DNA of 64,000 nt from a bacterium. GTDB taxonomy: Bacteria; Patescibacteriota; Patescibacteriia; Veblenbacterales; UBA10138. Made by a program: the position numbers and the translations under genes. Positions 52,034-60,780 of the stretch are shown here, in pieces. The notes below the pieces were generated by a model, which saw nothing but the letters and a program-made list of their open reading frames with translations, had not been told where the DNA came from and made no database searches. Location of the stretch: NCBI GenBank assembly GCA_020057885.1, contig JAGVEX010000009.1, forward strand, positions 36,704-100,703, in the 5' to 3' direction. Each line of letters begins with the position of its first letter. The first letter of the stretch is position 1.

Positions 52034-53818
52034 TCAAGTTGTTTTTGCCAGAGTAAGCTGGCTGGTTGTATTGTTATGAGTGCGTGTTTGTTGAAACTCA
52101 ACACAGCGCTCTGTTATTTCATCTATATTGAGAATCTGACTTGCGCCAGTTTCCCGTACTCGTAGCTCTACCTTTCGTTCTGTTGCAAGACGCCCGACGG
52201 TAATTCTATATGGGCATCCAATGAGATCAGCGTCGTTAAATTTTACGCCGGCGCGTTCAGTGCGATCATCAAAGAGAACATCAACACCTTGCGCGGAAAG
52301 ATTCTCATAGAGCTCATTAGCCAAGCTTGATTGCTGTTGATTCGTGTAATCAACCGGCACAATATGCACTAAAAATGGTGCAACTGTAATCGGCCAGATA
52401 ATACCGTGATCATCATGATTCTGTTCAATAATGGCATGTAGCAATCTCGTTGTACCAATACCGTAGCAACCCATCCAAATTGCCTTGGCTTGCCCAGCAC
52501 TATCAAGAAATGTCGCACCCATAGCCTCAGCGTAAGCTTGCTGTAACATGAACACGTGTCCAACCTCAATTCCCTTGCTTTCCTCAAGCCCATCACCACA
52601 TTCCGGACAACCGTGACCTACCGTAGCCGTATGAAGCTCATAGAACTCTTTTGGTGTTTCGAGATCGCGACCAAAGTTTACATCCAGAGCATGGTGATCA
52701 GTCGTGTTGAACCCACAAAGGAAATTAGTCATCCCTTGTGTAGAATGGTCAAACAGAATGCGCTTCACTTTAGTGAGTCCAAGTGGACCCGCAAATCCCA
52801 CGGCGGCACCAGTAACCTCTTCAACCACTCGATCAATTGCTGGCACAACACTATCAACTGTCAAAAAATTTGTTAATTTCACCGTATTGACAGCAAGGTC
52901 GCCACGAATACAGACTGCGACTTCATATGGATTATTTGATTCTGGATTTACGGTAAATATGATCGTCTTGATCATATCGTGCGCTTTGATATCAGGGAAG
53001 AATCTTTCTAATTCCTCAACTGTTTTCGCATTTGGTGTTAACTCGTGTCGCAACGGACGCTGTGCAGAATTGTACTGATAGATCGGATAGCTACTATTAG
53101 CCTTTTCGGTATTAGCGCCGTAGTCACAGCGGGTGCAGGTGAGAAGTGTATCCTCCCCTACATCACATACTGCCATAAACTCGGCCGAACCTTGACCACC
53201 AATTGCACCAGAGTCTGCTTGGACGGAAACACAGTTCGTCAGCCCAAGTCGTAGAAAAATACGCGAATAAACATCACGCATCAACATAAAGGACTTATGC
53301 ATTCCTTCTTCATCGATATCAAATGAGTATGCATCTGACATAACAAACTCACGCGACCGAACCATTCCATACCGAGGACGCATCTCATCACGAAATTTTC
53401 TGCCGATTTGGTGAAGTATAACTGGCAGTTGCCGCCAAGATTTAATATCGTTCGCAACGAGCATTGTAATCACCTCTTCGGCTGTAGGAGACAAGCCAAA
53501 CATTTCACTAGAGTAACGCTCTTGGGTAGTGAACATTGTTTTTGATTTGAGATATTTTTCCCATCTTCCAGTTTGCTCCCACAAAGAGCTTGACTGTAAA
53601 ATGGGCAGATCAACATGTTGAATACCGACTTTGGTCATCTCATTAAAAACGATGCCACAAATTCGATCATGCACTAGCTTTCCTAGGGGAAGCAGGGCAA
53701 AAATACCAGCCGACCCGACGGATCTAATGAACCCCGCTTTTTCCAACAAGAGATGCGAAATGATCATATTTGATCGCATCCCTCGAAGGGTAGGTGGGAA
53801 TAGTTTTGAGAGTTTCAT
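52034..53818 (-). CDS. proS: Proline--tRNA ligase, bacterial type with INS editing domain
   Basis: LWEQTGRW, PTAEE, FRDEMRPRYG..RSREF.M.DAYSF, GIEVGH, MGCYGIG, GVKFNDADLIG. Confidence 0.95.
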   Translation of the reverse strand: MKLSKLFPPTLRGMRSNMIISHLLLEKAGFIRSVGSAGIFALLPLGKLVHDRICGIVFNEMTKVGIQHVDLPILQSSSLWEQTGRWEKYLKSKTMFTTQERYSSEMFGLSPTAEEVITMLVANDIKSWRQLPVILHQIGRKFRDEMRPRYGMVRSREFVMSDAYSFDIDEEGMHKSFMLMRDVYSRIFLRLGLTNCVSVQADSGAIGGQGSAEFMAVCDVGEDTLLTCTRCDYGANTEKANSSYPIYQYNSAQRPLRHELTPNAKTVEELERFFPDIKAHDMIKTIIFTVNPESNNPYEVAVCIRGDLAVNTVKLTNFLTVDSVVPAIDRVVEEVTGAAVGFAGPLGLTKVKRILFDHSTQGMTNFLCGFNTTDHHALDVNFGRDLETPKEFYELHTATVGHGCPECGDGLEESKGIEVGHVFMLQQAYAEAMGATFLDSAGQAKAIWMGCYGIGTTRLLHAIIEQNHDDHGIIWPITVAPFLVHIVPVDYTNQQQSSLANELYENLSAQGVDVLFDDRTERAGVKFNDADLIGCPYRITVGRLATERKVELRVRETGASQILNIDEITERCVEFQQTRTHNNTTSQLTLAKTT

Positions 53819-53894
53819 AAAAACACACTCCTTTCATAGAGGGTTTGGTTGTGAATGTTCAATTTTACTTGCATTTTATTTTCATACTACTTTA

Positions 53895-54731
53895 TCACTT
53901 ACGGAACGACCCGTCAAGAAAAGTAGAAATCGAACGAGAGCGTCGCGCGGCAGCACGAATTGCGTGAAGCCAAAGCTTATCAAGATGAGCTTTATGCAAA
54001 ATGTGAAAAGCCGCTTCAGTAGTACCACCTTTCGAAGCCACACGCTCACGCCAAATTTCGGGGGAATCAGTAGAATCCTCAAGGAGAGCAATGCTACCTT
54101 TTAGGGTTTGAAGCACTAATTTCTTAGCAACATCTGCTGATATTTTTAAATACTTCGCGGCACTAATAAGATCGGCGGCAAACGAAAAAAGATAAGCTGG
54201 CCCCGAGCCACTAACAGCCGTAATTGCATCAAACATATTTTCGTTATGAATTTCAATTTGCTCTCCTCCGGCACTGAAAAGCGATTGCGCAAAAAATTTT
54301 TGTTTCTTTGTTGTGGTACGAGTTGCATGCCAGGCAGAAAAACCTTTACCAATTATCATGGGAAGATTTGGCATCGCTCGCACAACACGAGAACACCCTG
54401 TGGCAGATCGAAGAGTTGCCACACTCACTCCAGCCATAATGGATATAATTAAGCCATTTTTGGAGAAGTGTTTATTAATTTGGTTGGCAACAGCAAAAAA
54501 ATCTTGTGGTTTAACAGCCACCAAAACGACTGTTGAGCTAGCCAAAACCGATGGTGAAAGATCGCTGATTGTATGAACTAAAAATTTAGACTTCAGTGTT
54601 CTCTGTTTTTGTATACTTCGTTCAATAACAGTAATTTGTCTAAAGGAAATACTAGACACGCGTAATAACGCCTGCAACACAGCAGTGCCCATATTCCCGC
54701 CGCCAATAATAGTAATATGATAATGTGTCAT
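53895..54731 (-). CDS. proC: Pyrroline-5-carboxylate reductase
   Basis: IGGGNMG, AVKPQ, RAMPN, TAVSGSGPAY, VASKGGTT. Confidence 0.95.
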   Translation of the reverse strand: MTHYHITIIGGGNMGTAVLQALLRVSSISFRQITVIERSIQKQRTLKSKFLVHTISDLSPSVLASSTVVLVAVKPQDFFAVANQINKHFSKNGLIISIMAGVSVATLRSATGCSRVVRAMPNLPMIIGKGFSAWHATRTTTKKQKFFAQSLFSAGGEQIEIHNENMFDAITAVSGSGPAYLFSFAADLISAAKYLKISADVAKKLVLQTLKGSIALLEDSTDSPEIWRERVASKGGTTEAAFHILHKAHLDKLWLHAIRAAARRSRSISTFLDGSFRK

Positions 54732-55807
54732 AAGGGAAAAAGAATTAAATTATCAGCATGCACGACCTCAATGTTAAATGGTCGCTCCTTGGTGACAATT
54801 ATTTTACCGAGATCAGTACTGGAGAGAGCTGACACGCCAAGAGCCACCGGACGATTTTCGTGATCGATAATTTCAACTGAATCGTCCGACTCGAATGTTC
54901 CATAAACATGTGTCACGCCAACGGCTAATAAACTCTTTCGTTGGCGAAGTGCGCCCATTGCGCCAACATCAATTTTAATACTGGCACTAGAAGTATGTGA
55001 AACAATTAGTCTTCGACTCCTGTCAGTTAATGAAATCGGCTGTGGCCAAGGTAAACAAACCGTGCCTCGGCACTTCTCACCGTCAATAATTTCAAGTGCA
55101 TGCTCAAGTATCCTACCATTGAGAATATATGTCGTGATACCAACAAAGCTAGCAAGACGGGCGGAACGCAACTTTGACTCCATACCCCCTCGCCCAGCCA
55201 AGCTCTTTTTGCCAAGATGCAAACTCATAAGCTCTTTGTTAACGTCGGTGATACAAGTAATAGGAGTCTGGTCGTGGTTGGTATTATTATCTGGTGCAGT
55301 ACGAAAAACGCCAGCTACATTAGTAAAAAGAAATATACTTTCTGCACCAATCACCACCCCGACGATTGTCGCAAGCTGATCGTTGTCTATAAAATCATGT
55401 GTCTCCGAAGATGATGTGGCATCATTTTCATTAATAAGTGGCGTAATACCTGCAGTGAGACATTCATGAAAAGTCTTTTGTAAGGTCATGTAGCGATTGC
55501 GCTCAATAATATCCTGACGGGAAAGAAGAAATTGCCCAAACTTAACACCAGTCGCAAGACCAAGTTGATACATAAATGCACTAATAATCAATTGCCCACG
55601 ACCAGCACGAGCTCCATATGAAGTAAGGGTAGGTGCATCTGATGTACCAACGGCTACGGCACCAGATAGTACTAATAATGGTAACTTGCCTCGGTTTTGA
55701 AAACCGCGTACTACATCAACAACCCTTTGGAGAAACGTTTGGCTAATATTGCCACGTTCATCTAACAAAGAGTTACTGCCAATCTTTATAACAACTGTAT
55801 TTTTCAT
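54728..55807 (-). CDS. proB: Glutamate 5-kinase with PUA domain
   Basis: VIKIGS, SGAVA.G, INEND, DND.L, GRGGM.SKL. Confidence 0.93.
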   Translation of the reverse strand: MKNTVVIKIGSNSLLDERGNISQTFLQRVVDVVRGFQNRGKLPLLVLSGAVAVGTSDAPTLTSYGARAGRGQLIISAFMYQLGLATGVKFGQFLLSRQDIIERNRYMTLQKTFHECLTAGITPLINENDATSSSETHDFIDNDQLATIVGVVIGAESIFLFTNVAGVFRTAPDNNTNHDQTPITCITDVNKELMSLHLGKKSLAGRGGMESKLRSARLASFVGITTYILNGRILEHALEIIDGEKCRGTVCLPWPQPISLTDRSRRLIVSHTSSASIKIDVGAMGALRQRKSLLAVGVTHVYGTFESDDSVEIIDHENRPVALGVSALSSTDLGKIIVTKERPFNIEVVHADNLILFPL

Positions 55808-55960
55808 AACATATCACTAAATCTAAAATATATATTAATTTTAGCCTATTTTTATACCTAAGTAAAGACTAAAAGTGGTGCACTGATAATCTGAATTGTT
55901 TGGTATTAATAATTCAATATATTTAATAAAAAACAATAGATAATCGGCATAATTTTTCAC

Positions 55961-55991
55961 AAAAGCCGTTTGATATTCAAACGGCTTTTTT
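55961..55991. terminator. Terminator-like hairpin between the radical SAM gene and proB
   Basis: aaaagccgtttga-tat-tcaaacggctttt. Confidence 0.7.
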
Positions 55992-56085
55992 ATATCTTTA
56001 TCTACTATATTTAAATTTAGAAAAATAAAAAAGCAAGTACGTTTAAAATACCACACGTACTTGCTTCAAGGTATATATTATTATT

Positions 56086-57564
56086 TTATTTTTCACAGAC
56101 CGCTCGGGCTCGACGCGCAAAATCAAAAAAGATTATTGCATGCTCAATAGCTTCTGGTAAAGCCTTGGTTTTAGTAACGGCTGTTTTAATAATCAGCCAC
56201 CAGTACAACCAGCGCTCTTGAGAAAGCATTCCAATTTTCCAGTGAGCCAGTAAAACGGCTTTAACGTCTTGCAGTGACAAACGACCCTTTACTGTAGGAT
56301 TATAATGTTTCAAAAAAGTATGAATCCTTTGGTAATAAGGCTTGGGTGAGTAGATTTGTTCTATTAGCCAACGATAACCGTTACATAATATATCAGCCGG
56401 CATTTTAGGAACAAAATCAAGTTGAACATTAGTTTGTTCTCCTCCAGTGGTCTTAACTAAACGACCTTCTTTACGCAGACGAAAATACAGTTCGGTATTC
56501 TTAACAACATTCAACAAGCCAACCATGGCTGTAACAATACCGGAATTCTGTATAAAATTTTTCTGTAAAGAAAAAATATTTTCTGGGTCATTATCAAAAC
56601 CTACTATAAATCCACCCAATACTTGTAAGCCTTTTGTGTTTATTTTCTTCACCGCCGCCATTAAATCTGTGTGTGTATTTTGACGCTTATTGCATTCCTT
56701 TAAACTTTCCAAATGCGGGGTCTCAATACCAACAAATACCTTATAAAAGTTGGCCTTAACCATCAGGTCAAGTAGTTCGTCGTCATCAGCTAAGGTAATA
56801 TCGGCTTCTGTGGAAAATTTAAAAGGAAAACCATGCGCCTTCTGCCAGATAATAATGTCAAGTAAGAGTTTTCTCACTTTAATTTTATTGCCGATAAAAT
56901 TATCATCAACAATAAAAACTCCGCCGCGCCAACCAGCCCCATAAAGAGATTGCAACTCATTAATGAATTGCTGGTTTGTTTTGGTGCGGGGTACTTGACC
57001 AAACATTTTTCTGACATCGCAGAAATCGCACTTACGAGGACATCCGCGTGAAAACTGCAACATCATGGTTGAATAGTCTTTGAAATTAATCAGCGACCAA
57101 TCTGGTATGGGTGTTAAATTTAAATCTGGGTATGTATTGGAGATGTATTCACGTTGTAAATTTCCCAGCTCTAAATCTTTCAAAAACAGCGGCAATGTAA
57201 TTTCAGCTTCATTCAACACGTAATGGCTCACGCCCTTAAAAATATCAGGCTCGGTTGTAAATAGCGGTCCGCCTGCCACTACCGGCTTACTAAAACTATT
57301 GCAACGATCAATAATTTCTTGGGAGCTTTTAGTTTGCACTGTCATAGCGCTGATAAATACATAATCAGCCCATTGTATATCTGCGTCTGTTAAAGGTCTC
57401 ACGTTTTCATCTATCAATCGTCTTTCCCATTCTTTGGGTAACATAGTTGATACCGTTAGTAACCCTAGTGGTGGCGAGGCTGCTTTGCGGTTGATAAATT
57501 TAAGTGCTTTCCTGAATGTCCAAAAACTGTCGGGGAACCTTGGGTATACGAATAATATTCGCAT
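56086..57564 (-). CDS. B12-binding radical SAM protein (HpnP/DUF4070-like)
   Basis: N-terminal PPLGLLTV B12 domain; SRGCPRKCDFC; VDDNFIGN; GFIVGFDND. Confidence 0.92.
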   Translation of the reverse strand: MRILFVYPRFPDSFWTFRKALKFINRKAASPPLGLLTVSTMLPKEWERRLIDENVRPLTDADIQWADYVFISAMTVQTKSSQEIIDRCNSFSKPVVAGGPLFTTEPDIFKGVSHYVLNEAEITLPLFLKDLELGNLQREYISNTYPDLNLTPIPDWSLINFKDYSTMMLQFSRGCPRKCDFCDVRKMFGQVPRTKTNQQFINELQSLYGAGWRGGVFIVDDNFIGNKIKVRKLLLDIIIWQKAHGFPFKFSTEADITLADDDELLDLMVKANFYKVFVGIETPHLESLKECNKRQNTHTDLMAAVKKINTKGLQVLGGFIVGFDNDPENIFSLQKNFIQNSGIVTAMVGLLNVVKNTELYFRLRKEGRLVKTTGGEQTNVQLDFVPKMPADILCNGYRWLIEQIYSPKPYYQRIHTFLKHYNPTVKGRLSLQDVKAVLLAHWKIGMLSQERWLYWWLIIKTAVTKTKALPEAIEHAIIFFDFARRARAVCEK

Positions 57565-57748
57565 AATCTTTCACCTGCCTTTCATGCGGTAATGTATTGA
57601 TTGTTAATGAATTATTTTTGTTTTAATAATAAAGTTTTAGCATAAAACTAATAATAATTCAAATATCTAAATATGCCTTTTAAACAAAACTCCACGGGCT
57701 TATGCCCGTGGTTTAAGTAAAGTATTATGGTATATAAAAACATACCAA

Positions 57749-57899
57749 TGGTCGGGGTGGAGGCCTGCCTGCGACTCGATTGAGCTCGTCGAAATCCGGC
57801 AGGCAGGGAGTCGCCCATAAACCACAATGGTTCAGGGCGCCCTGAACCGCGTTCCGCTCCGCGGAACTCTGGTTCTAGGGCGAACCCTCTGTCACACCC
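57749..57899 (-). pseudogene. Interrupted tRNA-Pro 3' half (with CCA) carrying two palindromic inserts
   Basis: GGGTGTGACAGAGGGTTCG[insert]ACTCCCT[insert]CCACCCCGACCA matches the intact tRNA-Pro 3' half. Confidence 0.8.
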
Positions 57900-57939
57900 T
57901 CCGGGGTGAAATTATTTATTCTGAATCATCTCATCAGAG

Positions 57940-58011
57940 TCGGGGTGGAGGGAGTCGAACCCTCTGTCACACCCACCCCAAGGGTGCATGTTACCGGTAC
58001 ACCACACCCCG
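57940..58011 (-). tRNA. tRNA-Pro (GGG), CCA not encoded
   Basis: CGGGGTGTGGTGTACCGGTAACATG-CACCC-TTGGGGT-GGGTG-TGACAGAGGGTTCGACTCCCTCCACCCCGA. Confidence 0.92.
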
Positions 58012-58076
58012 ACCCTGATGAGATTTTTAAAAAATGTACACCCGTGAAAGCTGCAAGTTTTCGCTTTCACCCCCGC

Positions 58077-58147
58077 GGATGCTTAAAGTTGCCGGCTTGC
58101 CCTGTACCTCCGCCAAAGGCGGATGGTGCAGGGTACACCACACCCCG
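58077..58147 (-). pseudogene. Interrupted tRNA-Pro 5' half with palindromic insert in the D-loop
   Basis: CGGGGTGTGGTGTACC[insert]GGCAAC..CATCC; first 16 nt identical to the intact tRNA. Confidence 0.7.
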
Positions 58148-58214
58148 ACCACTAGTATGTTTATAAGCAAAAAAGCCCAACGGGCTTCAATGTAACATTA
58201 TTTCCCTAAAATTA

Positions 58215-58447
58215 AAAGCCCTACCATCGGTTTGATACAATTGGAGTTCCTGTGAATCAAGTTGGGTTGGTTCTAAAGGCCGCTGGGGCCAATGAGGGTG
58301 TGTTCCTTACTCCCACTGTTCCATACTGCCTCTACCCCTTTACCGCTTGGTGTTCTCGAACTTATGCCCAAGGGCATAAATTATACTGAACCCCTATATA
58401 TTGAGATTGTAGAGCTCAATAAATATCAAACCATGTTGGATAGAGCT
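58215..58447 (-). ncRNA. Candidate ~230-nt ncRNA (6S-like rod?)
   Basis: TTGACA-17-TATCAT promoter (58455-58483); ends pair (GCUCUAUC/GGUAGGGC, GGUUUGAUA/UAUCAAACC); no long ORF. Confidence 0.55.
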
Positions 58448-58608
58448 ATTATTAATGATAGCGCAGATTAAGCAAGTTGTCAAGGCAATAAAATGAAGTT
58501 TTTGGCTAAGATTAGCCTTTTTTAAGTAAGTTAGCCAAAAATAAAAGGGGCGAATTTTTCGTCCCTTTTTTAAGCAAAATTTTATTGTTTTTTATGAATA
58601 TTTTTTCA

Positions 58609-58932
58609 CTATGACGGCCCCCACGAAAACCCGCCACTAATACCTAAGCTAGCCTTGATCATATCATAAATAAATCCCCTTAATACGCCTTTATAATTAT
58701 AATAAAGATCATTTTTGGTTTCGCGAGGAATAACATCTATTAATTGATTCAAATTAGTTTTAGAATTTTGAAATTTCTTCTCCGCTTCCGACACTGCGTC
58801 ATAATAACTCTGCAATTCACATATTGCTGCGGGTGTACCGCCTTCTTTTAAAATTTTCTCTATACGAGCCTTTAGTCCCTCTCTAGCGCTTAACAAAAGA
58901 ATCAACTCATTATTTGGCTTTTCCATAATCAA
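58609..58932 (-). CDS. Hypothetical protein (Trp-attenuated operon, gene 2)
   Basis: AAGGAG SD; followed by hairpin plus T-tract at ~58538-58572. Confidence 0.7.
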   Translation of the reverse strand: MIMEKPNNELILLLSAREGLKARIEKILKEGGTPAAICELQSYYDAVSEAEKKFQNSKTNLNQLIDVIPRETKNDLYYNYKGVLRGFIYDMIKASLGISGGFSWGPS

Positions 58933-58952
58933 CTCCTTTCTTTTTTTTTGTT

Positions 58953-59279
58953 TTAAATAAACCCTTTCCCGACCACTGCCTGATCTGAGTTGGCTGAAAA
59001 ACTATTATCACAATCAATGTCTAAAACATATGGCAACGGCAAGGAAATACTTTTTTTACATTTTGATTTACTTGAAGTATGTTTTTTACCGCTGAGTTTT
59101 TCAAAGTTAAGTTGGCTGTTTAAACACATCTGACGAATTAATTCTCTGCCTTTTGCCATAGCCGGCGTAACTAAATCCTTATGTTCTGCAAAATGCGCAT
59201 TTACATCGGCGCAAAGAAACATAAAAGATTTAAGCATAAACTTAGCTACTTCAACTTCCTGTTTTTTGGGTTTTGACAT
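58953..59279 (-). CDS. Hypothetical protein (Trp-attenuated operon, gene 1)
   Basis: AAGGAG SD; first gene after the attenuator. Confidence 0.7.
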   Translation of the reverse strand: MSKPKKQEVEVAKFMLKSFMFLCADVNAHFAEHKDLVTPAMAKGRELIRQMCLNSQLNFEKLSGKKHTSSKSKCKKSISLPLPYVLDIDCDNSFSANSDQAVVGKGFI

Positions 59280-59333
59280 ACGTTACTCCTTTTATTTTTA
59301 TTTTTTAATTTATTTAATTTTCAAAGAACCATA

Positions 59334-59469
59334 TAACAAAAATGCCTTCTAAAATAATCCAGAAGGTATTGAAACTTTAAATCTAATTTTGTATCTACAA
59401 CAACTCAGCTCCAAGCCTTCTAATCAGAGTCCGCCACCAATAAAAGTTGCTATGATTTATATTAAGCAT
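59334..59469 (-). promoter_or_regulatory. Trp leader peptide (59395-59469) and attenuator
   Basis: MLNINHSNFYWWRTLIRRLGAELL; UUAGAAGGC in the leader can pair with the 5' arm of the terminator AAUACCUUCU..AGAAGGCAUU-UUUGUU. Confidence 0.85.
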
Positions 59470-59773
59470 ATTTTCTAAGTAATTCATTAAACCCATTATT
59501 CTTACTATATTTAAGTTCGCGTGAACCGCGTTCTACTGTGGCTATCGCCACACCCAAACGATAAGCAACTTCGCGAATAGATAAACCCTTGCTAAGCAAC
59601 TTAACTATCTGCCAACGCAAAGCCAACTCATTATACTCGCCTGGTGTTAATAAATCACCTAAAAATCTGCTAATCTGTCCGGCTGACTTTAGGTGAGCAA
59701 ATAAGCCAACCAACTCCTGTTGAAAAGCACGCTGAGCCTGGGGCTGTTTTTTAACTAATTTATCTCGCGCCAT
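59462..59773 (-). CDS. trpR: Trp repressor family protein
   Basis: DLLTPGEY.ELALRWQIV..L..G.S.REVA..LGV.IATVERGSREL. Confidence 0.9.
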   Translation of the reverse strand: MARDKLVKKQPQAQRAFQQELVGLFAHLKSAGQISRFLGDLLTPGEYNELALRWQIVKLLSKGLSIREVAYRLGVAIATVERGSRELKYSKNNGFNELLRKYA

Positions 59774-59799
59774 AATCCAATAATCATTATATATTAGCT

Positions 59800-59840
59800 A
59801 CTCCTATACTATTGTACTAGTACAATAGTATAGGAGTCAA
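59800..59840 (-). promoter_or_regulatory. TrpR operator (38-bp palindrome) overlapping a TTGACT-18-TACAAT promoter
   Basis: actcctatactattgtact|agtacaatagtataggagt; GTACT half-sites with 8-bp periodicity. Confidence 0.85.
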
Positions 59841-59975
59841 ATAAAGTCAAGCATCCCAAGCTAAACTGAATAAATAATTCCCCTACTCAAAATAAAAAGG
59901 TTCCTTGTTATGGAACCTTTAAAAAGATGGTTATTTTGAAATTATTTTTGTTTTAATTAAACATCTCTACTCTGC

Positions 59976-60149
59976 CTAAGCAGTCCAATTTGTCCACCAA
60001 TCCAATTCTGGCCTGTCTATTAACAATAAGCGACTGGATATTATGCAACCACGGCAGGAACAAAATTCATCTCGCATAAAATATGATAGTGAATAATGTT
60101 CACCGCTATGTTGACAATAATATAACATCTCAGCATTATTACTGATCAT
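59976..60149 (-). CDS. Small Cys/Trp-containing protein (57 aa), not in ORF track
   Basis: AAGGAGG SD; MISNNAEMLYYCQHSG...FCSCRGC...DWWTNWTA; terminator at ~59890-59922. Confidence 0.6.
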   Translation of the reverse strand: MISNNAEMLYYCQHSGEHYSLSYFMRDEFCSCRGCIISSRLLLIDRPELDWWTNWTA

Positions 60150-60151
60150 AA

Positions 60152-60499
60152 TTAACCTCCTTTAATTGGTAACTTAACTGGTAACATAGAATCTAGGGCG
60201 TGAACTGACATTGAATGGGAGTCTTTGGCGTCTGGAAGAACAGCACTAAATTTATCACTAAATGGATCATGTTCTTGATGTAAACGGCTTTTTTCAACTC
60301 TCAAATCACCACTGGGTGATACACAATAGTTCTTAAAAGGAAGCAGGGTGCAATCTGGTGAAACAATAGCACAATCAACCTGTAAGCATTCTAGTGCGCA
60401 TGTGATATTATTTATTGCCAAAAAATGTCCATGGAAAGCAGTTATCACTTGGTATGTAGGCTCAGGTGCCTGTTGTTCTGTTTTTATTTCGTCAGACAT
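60152..60499 (-). CDS. Hypothetical protein (Ile-attenuated operon, gene 2)
   Basis: 115 aa, Cys/His-containing; overlaps the upstream stop. Confidence 0.65.
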   Translation of the reverse strand: MSDEIKTEQQAPEPTYQVITAFHGHFLAINNITCALECLQVDCAIVSPDCTLLPFKNYCVSPSGDLRVEKSRLHQEHDPFSDKFSAVLPDAKDSHSMSVHALDSMLPVKLPIKGG

Positions 60500-60719
60500 G
60501 AAAGTCCGTCCTCTCTTTTTCTTCTTTAGTGATTGATGAGTTATCTAGTTGTTCATTTTGCGTTTGTGATATGGGTAACATACAAGGAATGTTATCTGTG
60601 CTAATGTTTTCTGCAAAAATACCAGTTTGGCTGGCTCCGCACTTAGTACAATATAGTGCGGTTTTATCCAAAAAATATCCACAATTGCCACATTTCTTAA
60701 TATTATTAGTACTAGTCAT
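60492..60719 (-). CDS. Zinc-ribbon protein (Ile-attenuated operon, gene 1)
   Basis: CGNCG..CTKCG; GAGG SD before ATG at 60719. Confidence 0.7.
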   Translation of the reverse strand: MTSTNNIKKCGNCGYFLDKTALYCTKCGASQTGIFAENISTDNIPCMLPISQTQNEQLDNSSITKEEKERTDFHV

Positions 60720-60780
60720 GACAAACCTCAAAATAGTTTATTGAATTGGTAATTTATTAATTTGTTAAAAGGCTATGTTG

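Noticed and set aside
56086-57564. B12 radical SAM gene as a definite member of the proline operon
   Set aside because: It is separated from proB by ~280 bp and a terminator-like hairpin, and the family is widespread, so linkage is only positional.
58060-58076. GGGGGTGAAA resembling a tmRNA 5' end
   Set aside because: No following TCGAC or tag reading frame; it is explained by local pairing in the nested tRNA structure.
57827-58166. ORF-track entries 57827-58018 and 57906-58166
   Set aside because: They are antisense to tRNA-Pro and its repeats, so spurious.
59316-59330. boxA-like GTTCTTT motif in several leaders (also ~61892-61907 and ~13433-13445)
   Set aside because: Too short and AT-rich to distinguish from chance without a genome-wide count.
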